A stretch of DNA of 64,000 nucleotides from Tubulanus polymorphus (Eukaryota; Animalia; Nemertea), in assembly GCF_964204645.1 (NCBI RefSeq), contig NC_134033.1, positions 2,128,131 to 2,192,130 of the forward strand, given 5' to 3'. The first letter of the stretch is position 1. Each line of letters opens with the position of its first letter. A program made the position numbers and the translations under genes. This document shows positions 14,901 to 27,421 of this stretch, in pieces. Below the pieces are notes generated by a model. That model was not told where the DNA came from. It did not search any database and was given only the letters and a program-made list of their open reading frames with translations.

Positions 14901-17696
14901 TCAGTAAAACAGATTCTTCGATCGGGTTAAGGCAGACAGATTCTTCAAGTGAAGAGACCGTTCAATCTACCCTTGCTGCTGCTGCTGCACTAACTGACTT
15001 GGATAAACAAACAGGTTTGTTCAGCATTTCATGAATATTTTTGATGATTTCTATGCCTAAAGAGAACCAAATTTTTCACAAATAAGATTAACTCCTAAAT
15101 TCATTAGATAAACTGAAATGACAAAGAAATTGAGTCAAGTTAAGAACTGAAAATCTTTTTTGAAACTTGACTCTCATTTACTCCTTCTTGAGAGAACTTT
15201 CAGGTCCTTTAGATTAGCAAATTATGGGGCTCTTAACTAAGAAAAGTATTTCTTTAAATATGTGAAAACCTTTTCTCCGAATTGCCATCAGCCTTAGAAA
15301 GAAATCTTTCTCTTTTTTCAGGCGCTGATTTACAAATCGATCCTGTCAGTAAATTGATACTAGTTTTGGACGCTTCAGACGGCGTCGGGGCTCGCAATTT
15401 CAAAACCGTAAAAACCGTCGCCGAAGACCTCGCGAAAATATTCTTGCGTCGTTTCGTGCAATCGCAGATCGGCGTCGTGACGACCGGTCGGCAGACGCAA
15501 CTCGCCGTCCGTCTGTCGTCGGGAGCAGACGTAATCGCGGCGCTCGAGCGAAACGTTTCGTTCGTCGGCGGAGAAATCGATTTTCTGCGCGCGGCGAAAA
15601 TTCTCTACGAGCAACTGTTCAATCCGGTCGACGAGATGAAAAACACGCTCGAAGAACTCGCCGGTCACCACGGCGACAACGGGAAACTGCGACGAGTGTT
15701 GGATTTGTTGCAGACGCGCGAGCAGACGCGGCACCAGGGGGCGCTTTCGCACGTCAATCGACTGGCGGTGATTTTCACGTCGACAGTCGAACGGTCGAAT
15801 CAGGTACGAACGAAAAATCATCGATTTGTTCAGAAATCGGAGAAAACTGATTAAATTTCTATATAAACCAGCAGCCTGGACCCAGAGTCTGTACCCCACC
15901 CACCCCCAGTCAGTACCCCAGCCTGGACCCAGAGTCTGTACCCCCCCACCCCCCAGTCTGTACCTATCCTGCAAAAACTGATCATACAGAACCTCACCTG
16001 AGACAAGTTTTCTATTTTGCGTTTGTAGCAGGTGAATCTGATGTCGGCCATGTTACGAGACGTCGGCGTGCACTTCATTATCATCGCTATCGGAGACATC
16101 CATCGCGGCGGCGGCGGCAACCGCAACAATGTGAAATTTCTACACGATATCGCTGGAAAAAGCGACAATTTAATCATCGCGAGAAATTACGTGAATTTAG
16201 CGACGATGACTTCTCTAATTTATTCGCGGATAACAGACGGTCAGTCGCGATTCACGACAATCGCGGCCCAGTTTCACGAAAAAGTTTAAGCCTAAAACGG
16301 TTTAGTTTGAATTGTTCTCATTGAAAACATGAAGTAACCAATGACAATTACACCTAAAATTTGAGATAAACTTTTTTGTGAAACTGGGCTGACAACCAGA
16401 GTTCGATGTAATGGATTAAAAACACTCGCCCGTCGGGCAAGTATATCTGAAATTTCGCTCGCCCCCTCAAATATCAACTTGCCCTATATAATGCGCAAAA
16501 AGCTTTGAGACGTAAAATTGCACTAGCTCGGCGGACAAGTGATAACGATAACCTATTTGCCCTGATGAGAATATACTTATACCGGGCAATCGGACAAATG
16601 CTTAGATCAGACCCTGAGAAATACTTAAAAGTCAAATTGATCAGGGGTGGATCCAGAGGTGGATCCATTGGCCATTTTCGAAGGACTTGTAACATCCCAA
16701 AAGGGTTATTTGGTGTCCAAAAAGGCAATATAAAGCACACTCCCGTGCGTAATTTGTAATCAAATCGTTTCTATAACTGCTGGGTCTGTTATTGTTAGTT
16801 TGATCATGATTGTTTTAAAAAAGTAACGTACTTATAAGCCCAGCAGAAATTAAAAACAAGGTATCAATTTAAAAAAAATGTTTTTGCCTTACAGTTCTGC
16901 AGTGTCCGAGTGGTTACTACAAGGACGGCACATCTTGTCAAGGTCTGTACGAACTATGCGTATGATAACATTAAATCAAATAAGAGATGAGTTTTAGAAA
17001 TTGTTTGTTTTGTTTTTTACAGCTGAAGAAGTGAGTGCGTATTTCTGTCAGTATCGAGATGGAACCCGATACGCTGCCGGTTCCACGTGGACAGCTCAGT
17101 GTTTATCGTGGAAGTGTGACCCGAACGGAGGCACCATTCAACAAATACGTAAGTTTCGCATTGAGATCTTTCTGAACCCAGTTCCACAGTTCTGGACCCA
17201 GTTTCACAGTTCTGAACCCAGTTCCACAGTTACTGGACCCTGTTCTACAGTAAATATTTTTCCAAATCGACAGGACCCAGTTCCACAGTTCTGGACCCAG
17301 TTCCACAGTTTTGAACCCAGTTCCACAGAAACTGGACCCAGTTCCACAGTTTTGGACTCAATTCTATGGTTACTAGACCCAGTTCCACACTAAGGCGACC
17401 CAGTTCCACAGTGCAGGAGCATTAAGTTAGTTCTTTTTCAAGTTAGGTGATTCTAAGAGACAAATATGCCTTCAGAACTGTGAAACTGGGTACACATGTA
17501 CTGTGTGTATCATTGATGAATAAATTATGTAAATTTTTCAGGATGCGAGACGGCAGACGGACAATGTTTACAGCTCGGAGAGAAATCGTTCAGTTGCGTC
17601 ATCAATGGAAATCTCTATAGAAACTGTACTTGTGAACACGATAAACAATCTAACTCGGTGCGATACAGGGCTCACGTGTTAAATACTGCCCCCTAG
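8931..17696 (+). CDS. Large secreted mosaic protein (~2120 aa): signal peptide, 8 EGF-like repeats, Glu/Thr-rich stalk, LamG/pentraxin-like domain, mucin repeats, vWA domain, Cys-rich C-terminus
   Basis: Exons 8931-8982 (MEVVLFAGIVCLSFLQT, hydrophobic leader), 9417-13577, 13887-15014, 15322-15803, 16029-16239, 16895-16942, 17023-17148, 17542-17696. Phases are compatible and the total is 6363 nt. Seen: C-x4-C-x5-C-x10-C-x-C-x12-C repeats; GYWSL..DLSGN..WTFVALTYD..G.VTCVQLYDVAL (LamG-like); LILVLDASDGVG..IGVV..VIFTS..IIIAIG (vWA). Confidence 0.8.
9428..10425 (+). repeat. Coding tandem repeat, 144-bp unit (48-aa EGF-like module) x7; a diverged 8th copy lies near 10545-10670
   Basis: Near-identical units VCEQYPCHGGAKCVVESSGFSRICQCSENSVYNYGQGKCEPKKVKPPT with period 144 nt. 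Confidence 0.95.
11732..12100 (+). repeat. Coding 186-bp (62-aa) direct duplication
   Basis: VTPQNSEEISEFEIDNTAG...LHEEFGE starts at 11732 and again at 11918. Confidence 0.9.
13942..14200 (+). repeat. Coding 21-bp repeat (SATTRHP)n
   Basis: About 12 units of tctgccacaaccagacatccg-like sequence. Confidence 0.9.
14535..14895 (+). repeat. Coding 12/24-bp mucin-like repeat (TEVP/TELP/TELS)n
   Basis: acagaagtaccaactgaactg(c/t)ca units. Confidence 0.9.
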
Positions 17697-18318
17697 TGTC
17701 CGAATTCAGTACTACAAGCTCTCTCAGGGTCCGAATTCGACAACACTGACCCCTGCCTATCGACGCTCAATTTTCTGTGCAATGTAATTCAACCGTCCGA
17801 AGATTTAGAAATTTTTGTAAAAAGATATTTTGTAAATATTGTTATTAATTTATTGAGTCTTTTTTTGATTTTGTTGTTATGAATAAATTAAGATATTTTA
17901 GTTCTGATTGATAAAGAATTTGTTGTGTTGAAATTGTCTTGTTTTTTTCAAGAGGACAAGAACAGATGGCAAGAGGATGGTCTTTTTTTAAGAGGAGAGA
18001 CTGCTCATGATTTGTCAAACCATCACAATGCCTACATGGACAGACCAACACTGTACACATGATTTAATACTTGTCTTTTTAACTAAAATAAAAAATATAG
18101 GTACATTTAATTAAATTGGATTAATTTCTATTGAAAGGTGGGTTTAAAGTGAGCTTTAGAGACTGGTCCTAAGTTGTTTGATCGGGAAAAAGAACTCAAA
18201 TGAGCCGACGCTGGTTTTCAATCCTGAGGTACAAGGCATTTGACTATAGAAGAAACAATTAACAGAAGAAACAAAAAGAGATTTCAAATAATTACAAAAA
18301 AACATTTTTATTAAGATG

Positions 18319-20629
18319 CTATTTTTTCCCTTCCACCATTATTATGTGATAACCGAATTTCGTTTTAACGGGCGGGTCCGTGTAAACCGGCGCGTTTAAA
18401 TTACTCGTCTGCAAGGCGAAGGCTGCGTCCTGAAACGGTCCTACCATACTACCTCGAGTCATCCAGCCTAAATCACCCTGAAAATAAACATATCAATATT
18501 GTGAGTCTGTGTTGTGGCCGGTCGGGTATAAGCTGACTATAGACTATCTGATTACAAGAGCTTAAATTGGCCTTGAATTGTAAGTTTGGCCATTGTGGTG
18601 ACCATTTAGCTGTGATGACCATTTAGTTGTGAGGTGACCAGTCAGCTGTGTGGTGACTGGTGACCAGTTAGCTGTGTGGTGACCAGTCAGGTGTATGGTG
18701 ACTGGTGACCAGTTAGCTGTGTGGTGACCAGTCAGGTGTATGGTGACTGGTGACCAGTCAGGTGTATGGTGACTGGTGACCAGTCAGGTGTATGGTGACT
18801 GGTGACCAGTCAGCTGTGTGGTGACCAGTCAGGTGTATGGTGACTGGTGACCAGTTAGCTGTGTGGTGACCAGTCAGGTGTATGGTGACTGGTGACCAGT
18901 CAGGTGTATGGTGACTGGTGACCAGTCAGGTGTATGGTGACTGGTGACCAGTCAGCTGTGTGGTGACCAGTCAGGTGTATGGTGACTGGTGACCAGTTAG
19001 CTGTGTGGTGACCAGTCAGGTGTATGGTGACTGGTGACCAGTCAGCTGTGTGGTGACCAGTCAGGTATGAGCTGACTATACACTTTCTGATTAAAAGAGC
19101 TTAAATTGGCCTTGAATCGTAAGTTTGGCCATTGTGGTGATCATGTAGCTGTGGTGACCATTTAGTTGTGAGGTGGCCAGTCAGCTGTGTGGTGACCAGT
19201 CAGGTGTATGGTGACTGGTGACCAGTTAGCTGTGTGGTGACCAGTCAGGTGTATGGTGACTGGTGACCAGTTAGCTGTGTGGTGACCAGTCAGGTGTATG
19301 GTGACTGGTGACCAGTTAGCTGTGTGGTGACCAGTCAGGTGTATGGTGACTGGTGACCAGTCAGCTGTGTGGTGACCAGTCAGGTATGAGCTGACTATAC
19401 ACTTTCTGATTACAAGAGCTTAAATTGGCCTTAAATTATGAGTTTGGCCATCGTGGTGATCATTTAGCTGTGATGACCATTTAGTTGTGAGGTGACCAGT
19501 CAGCTGTGTTGTGACCAGTCAGGTGTATGGTGACTGGTGACCAGTCAGCTGTGTTGTGACCAGTCAGGTGTATGGTGACTGGTGACCAGTAAGCTGTGTG
19601 GTGACCAGTCAGGTGTGAAATGACTCTATTTACTAATTATCTGATGACAAGAGCTTAAACTGGGCTTCATTTGTCTACAGAACCAATATGAGCTTAGAAT
19701 GTTACATAAAATCCCTCACTAATGTAAGAGAGGTCCAATAATAGGTTTCTTTTATTTCTACGTTACACAATTATCCTCTCTGAGTCATATACACGAAAAT
19801 TGGTACCAGTTCCATAGTAAGGAGTTAGGATTTGAGTTATTCATTCATTGAGGATGAACTAATCCAAACTCAAAAAAACTAACTCGAACTCATAACTGTG
19901 TGGAACTGGATCCTGAAGATGATATACAAATTTAATGAAACATTCGCGGAACTTATTTTTCCATTCCTAGATTGGGATTTTACATCAAAAACAAAAATAT
20001 CCCAAAAAAATTTGCTCATTTTCAATATTTCATCTCTTAAGTCAAATCTAATTGGCAGAACTGTGAAACCAGGTCCTGTAACCTACAGAATTCATAATGC
20101 CAATTACATACCCCTTGTCTGGCTTTATCCTCGCTGTACTGAGCAGCGACCTCGTTAAACTTCATCCCGGATTTGATTTTCTCCATCGCCTCCATCACTT
20201 TCGAGTGTTTCTCGCATAAAATGTGCCGCACCTAAAAAAACCAAATCAGAGGGGCATCAAAACTCAAGTGTACGAATCTCGTAAAATATTGAAAAATGAT
20301 ATAGCATGCAAAAGATCATGAAAATATCATATCTAGCCCCGGCCTGGGTTATGAAGGCAGATGAATCGTTGATAACAATTCGAAATCAATTTCTCAATGC
20401 ATTAAACGGATTTTTCAGTTTTTAAAGCTTCCAGAACGGTTTCGTTCGGTAATTAGTGCGATAAACCAGGAAATGAAATAAACCGGCTCCTTACCTTAAC
20501 GGCCGTTCCTCCTTTCGTTTGTTTGCCTCCTTTGCCCTTTTCCTCCTCATCTCCGGCGCCTCCTTTCGCGCCTCCTTTGCCGCCGGCTGCTTTACCTCCT
20601 TTCGCTCCGGATTTTCCTTTCGGAGGCAT
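18319..20629 (-). CDS. PIN4: Parvulin-type peptidyl-prolyl isomerase PIN4 (Par14), 137 aa
   Basis: Exons 20629-20495 (MPPKGKSG...GGTAVK), 20231-20112 ([40 protein letters not shown]), 18477-18319 ([22 protein letters not shown]...[19 protein letters not shown]). Confidence 0.97.
18530..19660. repeat. Compound minisatellite (GGTGACCAGTCAGCTGTGT/GGTGTATGGTGACT) with higher-order units, in PIN4 intron 2
   Basis: Short units nested in larger blocks that restart with gctgactata..ctgattacaagagcttaaattggcc near 18532, 19070, 19390 and 19620. A related reverse copy lies at ~36320-36430. Confidence 0.9.
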
Positions 20630-20759
20630 TTTTCAGAAATCTCGGTGTCTTCGTAACCGGATTTTCGAGAATGTAGGCGGCGCTTCGGTCGAAAATTTTA
20701 GAAATCGACGACAACGAAATCGCGATTATTTCTCGTTTTCAACGCGCTTTAGCTCAACG
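20630..20759. promoter_or_regulatory. Compact bidirectional promoter, PIN4/BAP18
   Basis: Only 130 bp separate the two divergent ATGs; CpG-rich. Confidence 0.75.
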
Positions 20760-23700
20760 ATGAGTTCAGCGAGCAAGGTAATCATTTCTGTTGATAATAA
20801 ACGTCGTATTTTCTTAGAATTGATAAATATTTTCTTAGAAAATCGATTGGATAAAAAAAATGAGATTAAAATGAGAAATCGCGCTACGTACCGAAACATA
20901 ACGATGAAAATTCAATACTTCAATTTGTCTGAGCTTTGATTCGAAACGTACCAATTTATCAGTGATTGATTTCATATCCTAAATCATTGTTTGTAAACAT
21001 TCATAAGGATTTGGTCTTGCAGCGTCACCTTAGGGACGCCTAAACTGTCTGACTGACAGGTCCTGGGCCCCTGGCGGAATTGCAGAAAAAATTTAGGAGC
21101 TTTAACCTCAAAAAGATAATTTCGAACATTTGTAATTTTCATTATTTTTTATCCTCAAAAATTTAATTTCAAACTTTTTTAATTTTCACCATTTTCTATT
21201 CATTCTAGGTTGGTGAGATTTTCACGGCCGCAGGGCTTGCGTTCAGTAAACTGGGTGAATTGACAATGCAGCTCCACCCGAGCGCAGATGCTCCGCCAAA
21301 GTGAGTATCCCAAGAAAGACGAAATAACTTTTTGAGTTTTCCGGAGTATTTTTTTTGTGTTAAGTGTCATCGGATTAAAAAGTGAAAAATTGAAATTTTC
21401 CGCTTTTAATTTTCTAGTCCGATATTAACCAATTCAAGCATCGAAATAAGTGAAGAAACCAGTTCGAATTATTTCCTATTTTTTGGTCAACATTTGTCTC
21501 AATTTTATGAGATAGGTCTAGATACTAGTTTCTTATAGAACCGAAATGAGCTCATGAAAGATCAAACACTTTACCTACTGGGGCCTTACGATTCCTTATT
21601 GATCGATTCCTTCGAAACTCCTCACAGAAAATGCTTTTCAAGGTGCTTTAAACTCCTTTGATTTGAACGAAATACAGGAAACTGCTTTAAAAATCCTTTA
21701 GATCTCCATCAATTTTGAGAAATTATCAATTAGAAATGTTTGTAGTTGTACTGTAAATTATACCTCAACCGATACGGTTCGTTGGGACCAGGATTTGTTT
21801 TTTCCCCAATCGGGCGGTTTCTGAATTGGAAAGAATTTAGGTAATGTATAGGATAGAAATTTGCTTACGAAACCACTGAATTAATGGTTTACTGAGATAA
21901 ACAAGTCTACTGTAATTGAGATATGAAAATAATGCAGACACTGTTTTGAAATTTGAAAATCTTGAAAACTCCTTATATCCAGGAATGACTGATCTGTAGG
22001 CACCCTGTTAAAATTCTTTATATCCAGGAATGACTGATATGTAGGCACCCTGTTAAAACTCCTTATATCCAGGAATGACTGATATCTGTAGGAACCCTGT
22101 TAAAACTCCTTATATCCAGGAATGACTGATATCTGTAGGCACCCTGTTAAAACTCCTTATATCCAGGAATGACTGATATCTGTAGGGACCCTGTTAAAAC
22201 TCCTTATATCCAGGAATGACTGATATCTGTAGGGACCCTGTTAAAACTCCTTATATCCAGGAATGACTGATATCTGTAGGGACCCTGTTAAAACTCCTTA
22301 TATCCAGGAATGACTGATATCTGTAGGGACCCTGTTAAAACTCCTTATATCCAGGAATGACTCAGCTGTAGGCACCCTGTTAAAACTCCTTATATCCAGG
22401 AATGACTGATCTGTAGGCACCCTGTTAAAACTCCTTATATCCAGGAATGACTGATATCTGTAGGAACCCTGTTAAAACTCCTTATATCCAGGAATGACTG
22501 ATATCTGTAGGGACCCTGTTAAAACTCCTTATATCCAGGAATGACTGATATCTGTAGGAACCCTGTTAAAACTCCTTATATCCAGGAATGACTGATATCT
22601 GTAGGAACCCTGTTAAAACTCCTTATATCCAGGAATGACTGATATCTGTAGGGACCATGTTAAATCTCCTTTTATCCAGGAATGACTGATATCTGTAGGC
22701 ACCCTGTTAAAACTCCTTATATCCAGGAATGACTGATCTGTAGGAACCCTGTTAAAACTCCTTATATCCAGGAATGACTGATATCTGTAGGCACCCTGTT
22801 AAAACTTCTTATATCCAGGAATGACTGATATCTGTAGGCACCCTGTTAAAACTCCTTATATCCAGGAATGACTGATATCTGTAGGAACCCTGTTAAAACT
22901 CCTTATATCCAGGAATGACTGATATCTGTAGGGACCCTGTTAAAACTCCTTATATCCAGGAATGACTCAGCTGTAGGCACCCTGTTAAAACTCCTTATAT
23001 CCAGGAATGACTGATCTGTAGGAACCCTGTTAAAACTCCTTATATCCAGGAATGACTGATCTGTAGGAACCCTGTTAAAACTCCTTATATCCAGGAATGA
23101 CTGATATCTGTAGGCACCCTGTTAAAACTCCTTATATCCAGGAATGACTGATATCTGTAGGAACCCTGTTAAAACTCCTTATATCCAGGAATGACTGATA
23201 TCTGTAGGGACCCTGTTAAAACTCCTTATATCCAGGAATGACTGATCTGTAGGAACCCTGTTAAAACTCCTTATATCCAGGAATGACTCAGCTGTAGGCA
23301 CCCTGTTAAAACTCCTTATATCCAGGAATGACTGATCTGTAGGAACCCTGTTAAAACTCCTTATATCCAGGAATGACTGATCTGTATGGACCCTGTTAAA
23401 ACTCCTTATATCCAGGAATGACTCAGCTGTAGGCACCCTGTTAAAACTCCTTATATCCAGGAATGACTGATCTGTAGGAACCCTGTTAAAACTCCTTATA
23501 TCCAGGAATGACTGATCTGTAGGAACCCTGTTAAAACTCCTTATATCCAGGAATGACTGATCTGTATGGACCCTGTTAAAACTCCTTATATCCAGGAATG
23601 ACTCAGCTGTAGGCACCCTGTTAAAACTCCTTATATCCAGGAATGACTGATCTGTAGGAACCCTGTTAAAACTCCTTATATCCAGGAATGACTGATCTGT

Positions 23701-26700
23701 AGGAACCCTGTTAAAACTCCTTATATCCAGGAATGACTGATCTGTATGGACCCTGTTAAAACTCCTTATATCCAGGAATGACTCAGCTGTAGGCACCCTG
23801 TTAAAACTCCTTATATCCAGGAATGACTGATCTGTAGGGACCCTGTTAAAACTCCTTATATCCAGGAATGACTGATATCTGTAGGGACCCTGTTAAAACT
23901 CCTTATATCCAGGAATGACTGATCTGTATGGACCCTGTTAAAACTCCTTATATCCAGGAATGACTCAGCTGTAGGCACCCTGTTAAAACTCCTTATATCC
24001 AGGAATGACTGATCTGTAGGGACCCTGTTAAAACTCCTTATATCCAGGAATGACTGATATCTGTAGGGACCCTGTTAAAACTCCTTATATCCAGGAATGA
24101 CTGATATCTGTATGGACCCTGTTAAAACTCCTTATATCCAGGAATGACTGATATCTGTAGGGACCCTGTTAAAACTCCTTATATCCAGGAATGACTGATC
24201 TGTATGGACCCTGTTAAAACTCCTTATATCCAGGAATGACTGATCTGTATGGACCCTGTTAAAACTCCTTATATCCAGGAATGACTGATCTGTAGGCACC
24301 CTGTTAAAACTCCTTATATCCAGGAATGACTGATATCTGTAGGAACCCTGTTAAAACTCCTTATATCCAGGAATGACTGATATCTGTAGGGACCCTGTTA
24401 AAACTCCTTATATCCAGGAATGACTGATATCTGTAGGGACCCTGTTAAAACTCCTTATATCCAGGAATGACTGATATCTGTAGGCACCCTGTTAAAACTC
24501 CTTATATCCAGGAATGACTGATATCTGTAGGCACCCTGTTAAAACTCCTTATATCCAGGAGTGACTGATATCTGTAGGCACCCTGTTAAAAAACTCCTTA
24601 TATCCAGGAATAACTGATCTGTATGGACCCTGTTAAAACTCCTTATATCCAGGAATGACTGATATCTGTAGGAACCCTGTTAAAACTCCTTATATCCAGG
24701 AATGACTGATCTGTAGGAACCCTGTTAAATCTCCTTATATCCAGGAATGACTGATCTGTATGGACCCTGTTAAAACTCCTTATATCCAGGAATGACTGAT
24801 CTGTATGGACCCTCTGGATATATATTTTCAATTCAGTTTTACTAAGTGTAAGTCGTAGGATAAGTCATCAACGTTCCACTTTTTCTGGGCAACCTTACAG
24901 ACCCCGGGGGTGTGAGAGGCAGGAGGGTCAAACTACAAATGAGGTTTTTCTTTGACCTCGGGGGGGTGAGAGAGGCGGGAGGGTCGAACTACAAGAGAGG
25001 TTTTCTTCGACCCCGAGGGTGTGAGAGGAGGGTCGAAGGACAACGAGAGAGGTCTATCTTCTTAAAACGAGACGATTGTTTTGTTTAATTCAGCAGCGCA
25101 AGCAAGTGGTCGCAGGAAGAGATCGAGATGTTACGCACGGCGATCACGAGGTTCGGCGACGATTTACAGAAACTCAGCGATCGTATCAAAAATAAAACCG
25201 TGTAAGTTGCCGTCGGCCGCCTTCACCCCGGGGCGGTTGGGGGGGGGTGGTGAGAATATATTGTGGAGAAAAAAAGAAAATTTCTGATTTGTAAAATTGA
25301 TCCGGGAATTAATAATCATGAGCTCATTTTGGTTCGCAATTAAGACCAGCTGAAAGATTTCAATTGCTCTGTCAGTCAATGCTTCGATTTTGTTTTTAAG
25401 ACGAACCACCCGGAACAAGTTATGCGTGAAAAATACAAAAACCATTTTTGTTAAGGCTAAAAATATTGATACCTTGTTTCTCATTTCTGCTGAGTTTAAA
25501 AGTTCACCCGACAGGCCACCTATCTACCCTGTACGTTACAATTTCATAATCGTGATCACTTTTACCATAACAGACCCAGCAGTTATAGAAATGAACTGAT
25601 TATAAATTTTATTATATTTTTACAAAATGACCCGGCCGATTGGGAGAAACAAGGTATCAGTTTTGTTTAACCTAAACATAAACTGTTTTAGGCTTAAACT
25701 GGATTTGAATTTAGAACATGTTGAATTAAAAAAATAATTTTCTCAGTATTTTAGACCGACTGGACCCAGAGCTGACCCTGTTTGATTATTTTCCAGATTT
25801 CAAATTCGTAACCAACTTCGAAAAACGGCGTTCGCCAAAGCCGAACTACCGCCGCCGATTCCGGAGACGGTTCCGCCGTTGGAGCAGACGTCGCCGACGA
25901 CGACCGCGACTACGGCGACCGCCGGAGGCCGGGAGAAAGCGTCAAAGAAAATAACGGTCATCAAAACGGAGAGCAGCGGCGCGTCGCAGGGCGGACCGCC
26001 AGCGAAAAAACAGAAAACGTCGAAAACGACGACGGTGCAAGGCGACGCGAATCTGATGACGTTGAACGCGTTGAATTCGGTCGAGGGCGAGGTCGACATC
26101 GAGACGATCGGCGAAACGGCGACCGTTAAAAAACTAGAGTTCGATTCCGGTATGTAGACAACAACGAGATTGTCATCTCTGTTTTCAGAGTTCTTGTCGA
26201 TCGGGAATTTGAAAGTCAGGGGGGACATCAACAGGGTCCCTACGACTCCTTGATTCCTTAAATACTCCTCATAAACGAAAAATGTTTTTAAAGGTGCTTG
26301 GAACTCCTTTAATTTGTACATAATGCCCGAAACTCCTTAAAAACTCCTTCAATCCGCTTTTGAGAAATATGCAATTAGACGCCTAAATCGGCAGTCAGAA
26401 CTAGGATTTTTGTTTTTACCAATTTGGCGGTTACCAAATTATAAACAGAGTTTAGTTAGTGTGAAGTATAAAGGTTACTTACAAAACCACTAGATTACTG
26501 GAGCCAGTTACTCAAAGGTTGGTTGGAGTTGACCAGTGGATAGTTGACGCAGTGACAATTAAAAGTTCATTGTTAGTATGGTATCTATCCACCGGTTAAC
26601 TTAAACCAGCTTTTGAGCAACTGACCCCTGGTTTACTGAGATAAACAGTGGAGTCTATAGTAATTGGGATATGAAAGTGATGCAGATGCTTCCTTGAAAT

Positions 26701-26874
26701 TTGATTAGCAAGCCACAGGTGACTGACAACTATTTGAGAGTAGTAGTCTTTTCTAATGTAAACTATCATCTATTTCAATTCAGCACCTTCTCAATATTTG
26801 CGAGGCGTGATATTTCATATTTTATTTCAATTTCAGAAGAAGAAGTCGTGGAGGAAGAAGCTCCGATTATGTGA
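20760..26874 (+). CDS. BAP18: Chromatin complexes subunit BAP18 (C17orf49), SANT-like domain
   Basis: Exons 20760-20777 (MSSASK), 21209-21300 (VGEIFTAAGLAFSKLGELTMQLHP), 25094-25201 (KWSQEEIEMLRTAITRFGDDLQK), 25797-26149 (..GGPPAKKQK..MTLNALN..VDIE..KKLEFD), tentative 26837-26874. Confidence 0.93.
21965..24812. repeat. 41/43-bp tandem satellite, ~67 copies, in BAP18 intron 2
   Basis: Unit gttaaaactccttatatccaggaatgactgat(at)ctgtagg(a/c/g)accct; no unique spacers. Confidence 0.98.
26232..26705 (+). mobile_element. Dispersed non-autonomous DNA element (CAGGGTCCCTAC terminus) carrying a nested MITE at ~26500-26630
   Basis: Homologous to 21575-22005, 58830-59155 (reverse) and fragments at 7480-7620 and 7990-8090. 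Confidence 0.65.
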
Positions 26875-27256
26875 GAGAGAGCGAGAGAAAACTATTCTGG
26901 CGAAATCCGAGTTTTTCAAAAACTTAAAACATTCGTGGAAATTTCATGATCGCGGTGAAGGAAAGGGGCGTGGCCTAATAACGTTGTATAACTATTATTT
27001 ATTGTTTATGCTAATGAGCCAGAATGCATTTTATTATTAACGATGATACTTCTATTTTGCAGTATAAATTGTAGTCGAAATCTCGATGAAAGATTAGATA
27101 GATTTAAGAGTAATCTATGTTCGTTGGTTCGTTTGTTTGTACGCCCTTGTGTAAATATTTCTAAAATAAAGCTTCGTCTGTCGAGAAATCTATTAGTTTG
27201 TTTGCTTTAAGACTCGAGAAGCCTGGAATAGATTGCGCGAGATTATTACCTGCTAT

Positions 27257-27421
27257 GGGGTCATTCATTTATTACGTACGCATTAGGGGAGGGGGAGGCG
27301 TTAGTGCAATTGCGTACTGTCATGCTTAATGTATATGAAATAATGGCTGATTTTGCGTACAGAGGGGGAGGGGGGTTGAAAAATTCAAATTTTATGCGTA
27401 CGTAATAAATGAATGATCCCC
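27257..27421. mobile_element. MITE with ~26-bp terminal inverted repeats
   Basis: ggggtcattcatttattacgtacgca ... tgcgtacgtaataaatgaatgatcccc. Confidence 0.8.

Noticed and set aside
20523-20939. Pro-rich 138-aa plus-strand ORF
   Set aside because: Antisense of the Gly/Lys-rich PIN4 exon 1 running into the BAP18 start.
21965-24812. CRISPR-like regular array and ORFs 23179-23796 / 24643-24831
   Set aside because: Head-to-tail repeats with no unique spacers, no cas genes, and a eukaryotic intron location; the ORFs are translations of the repeat.
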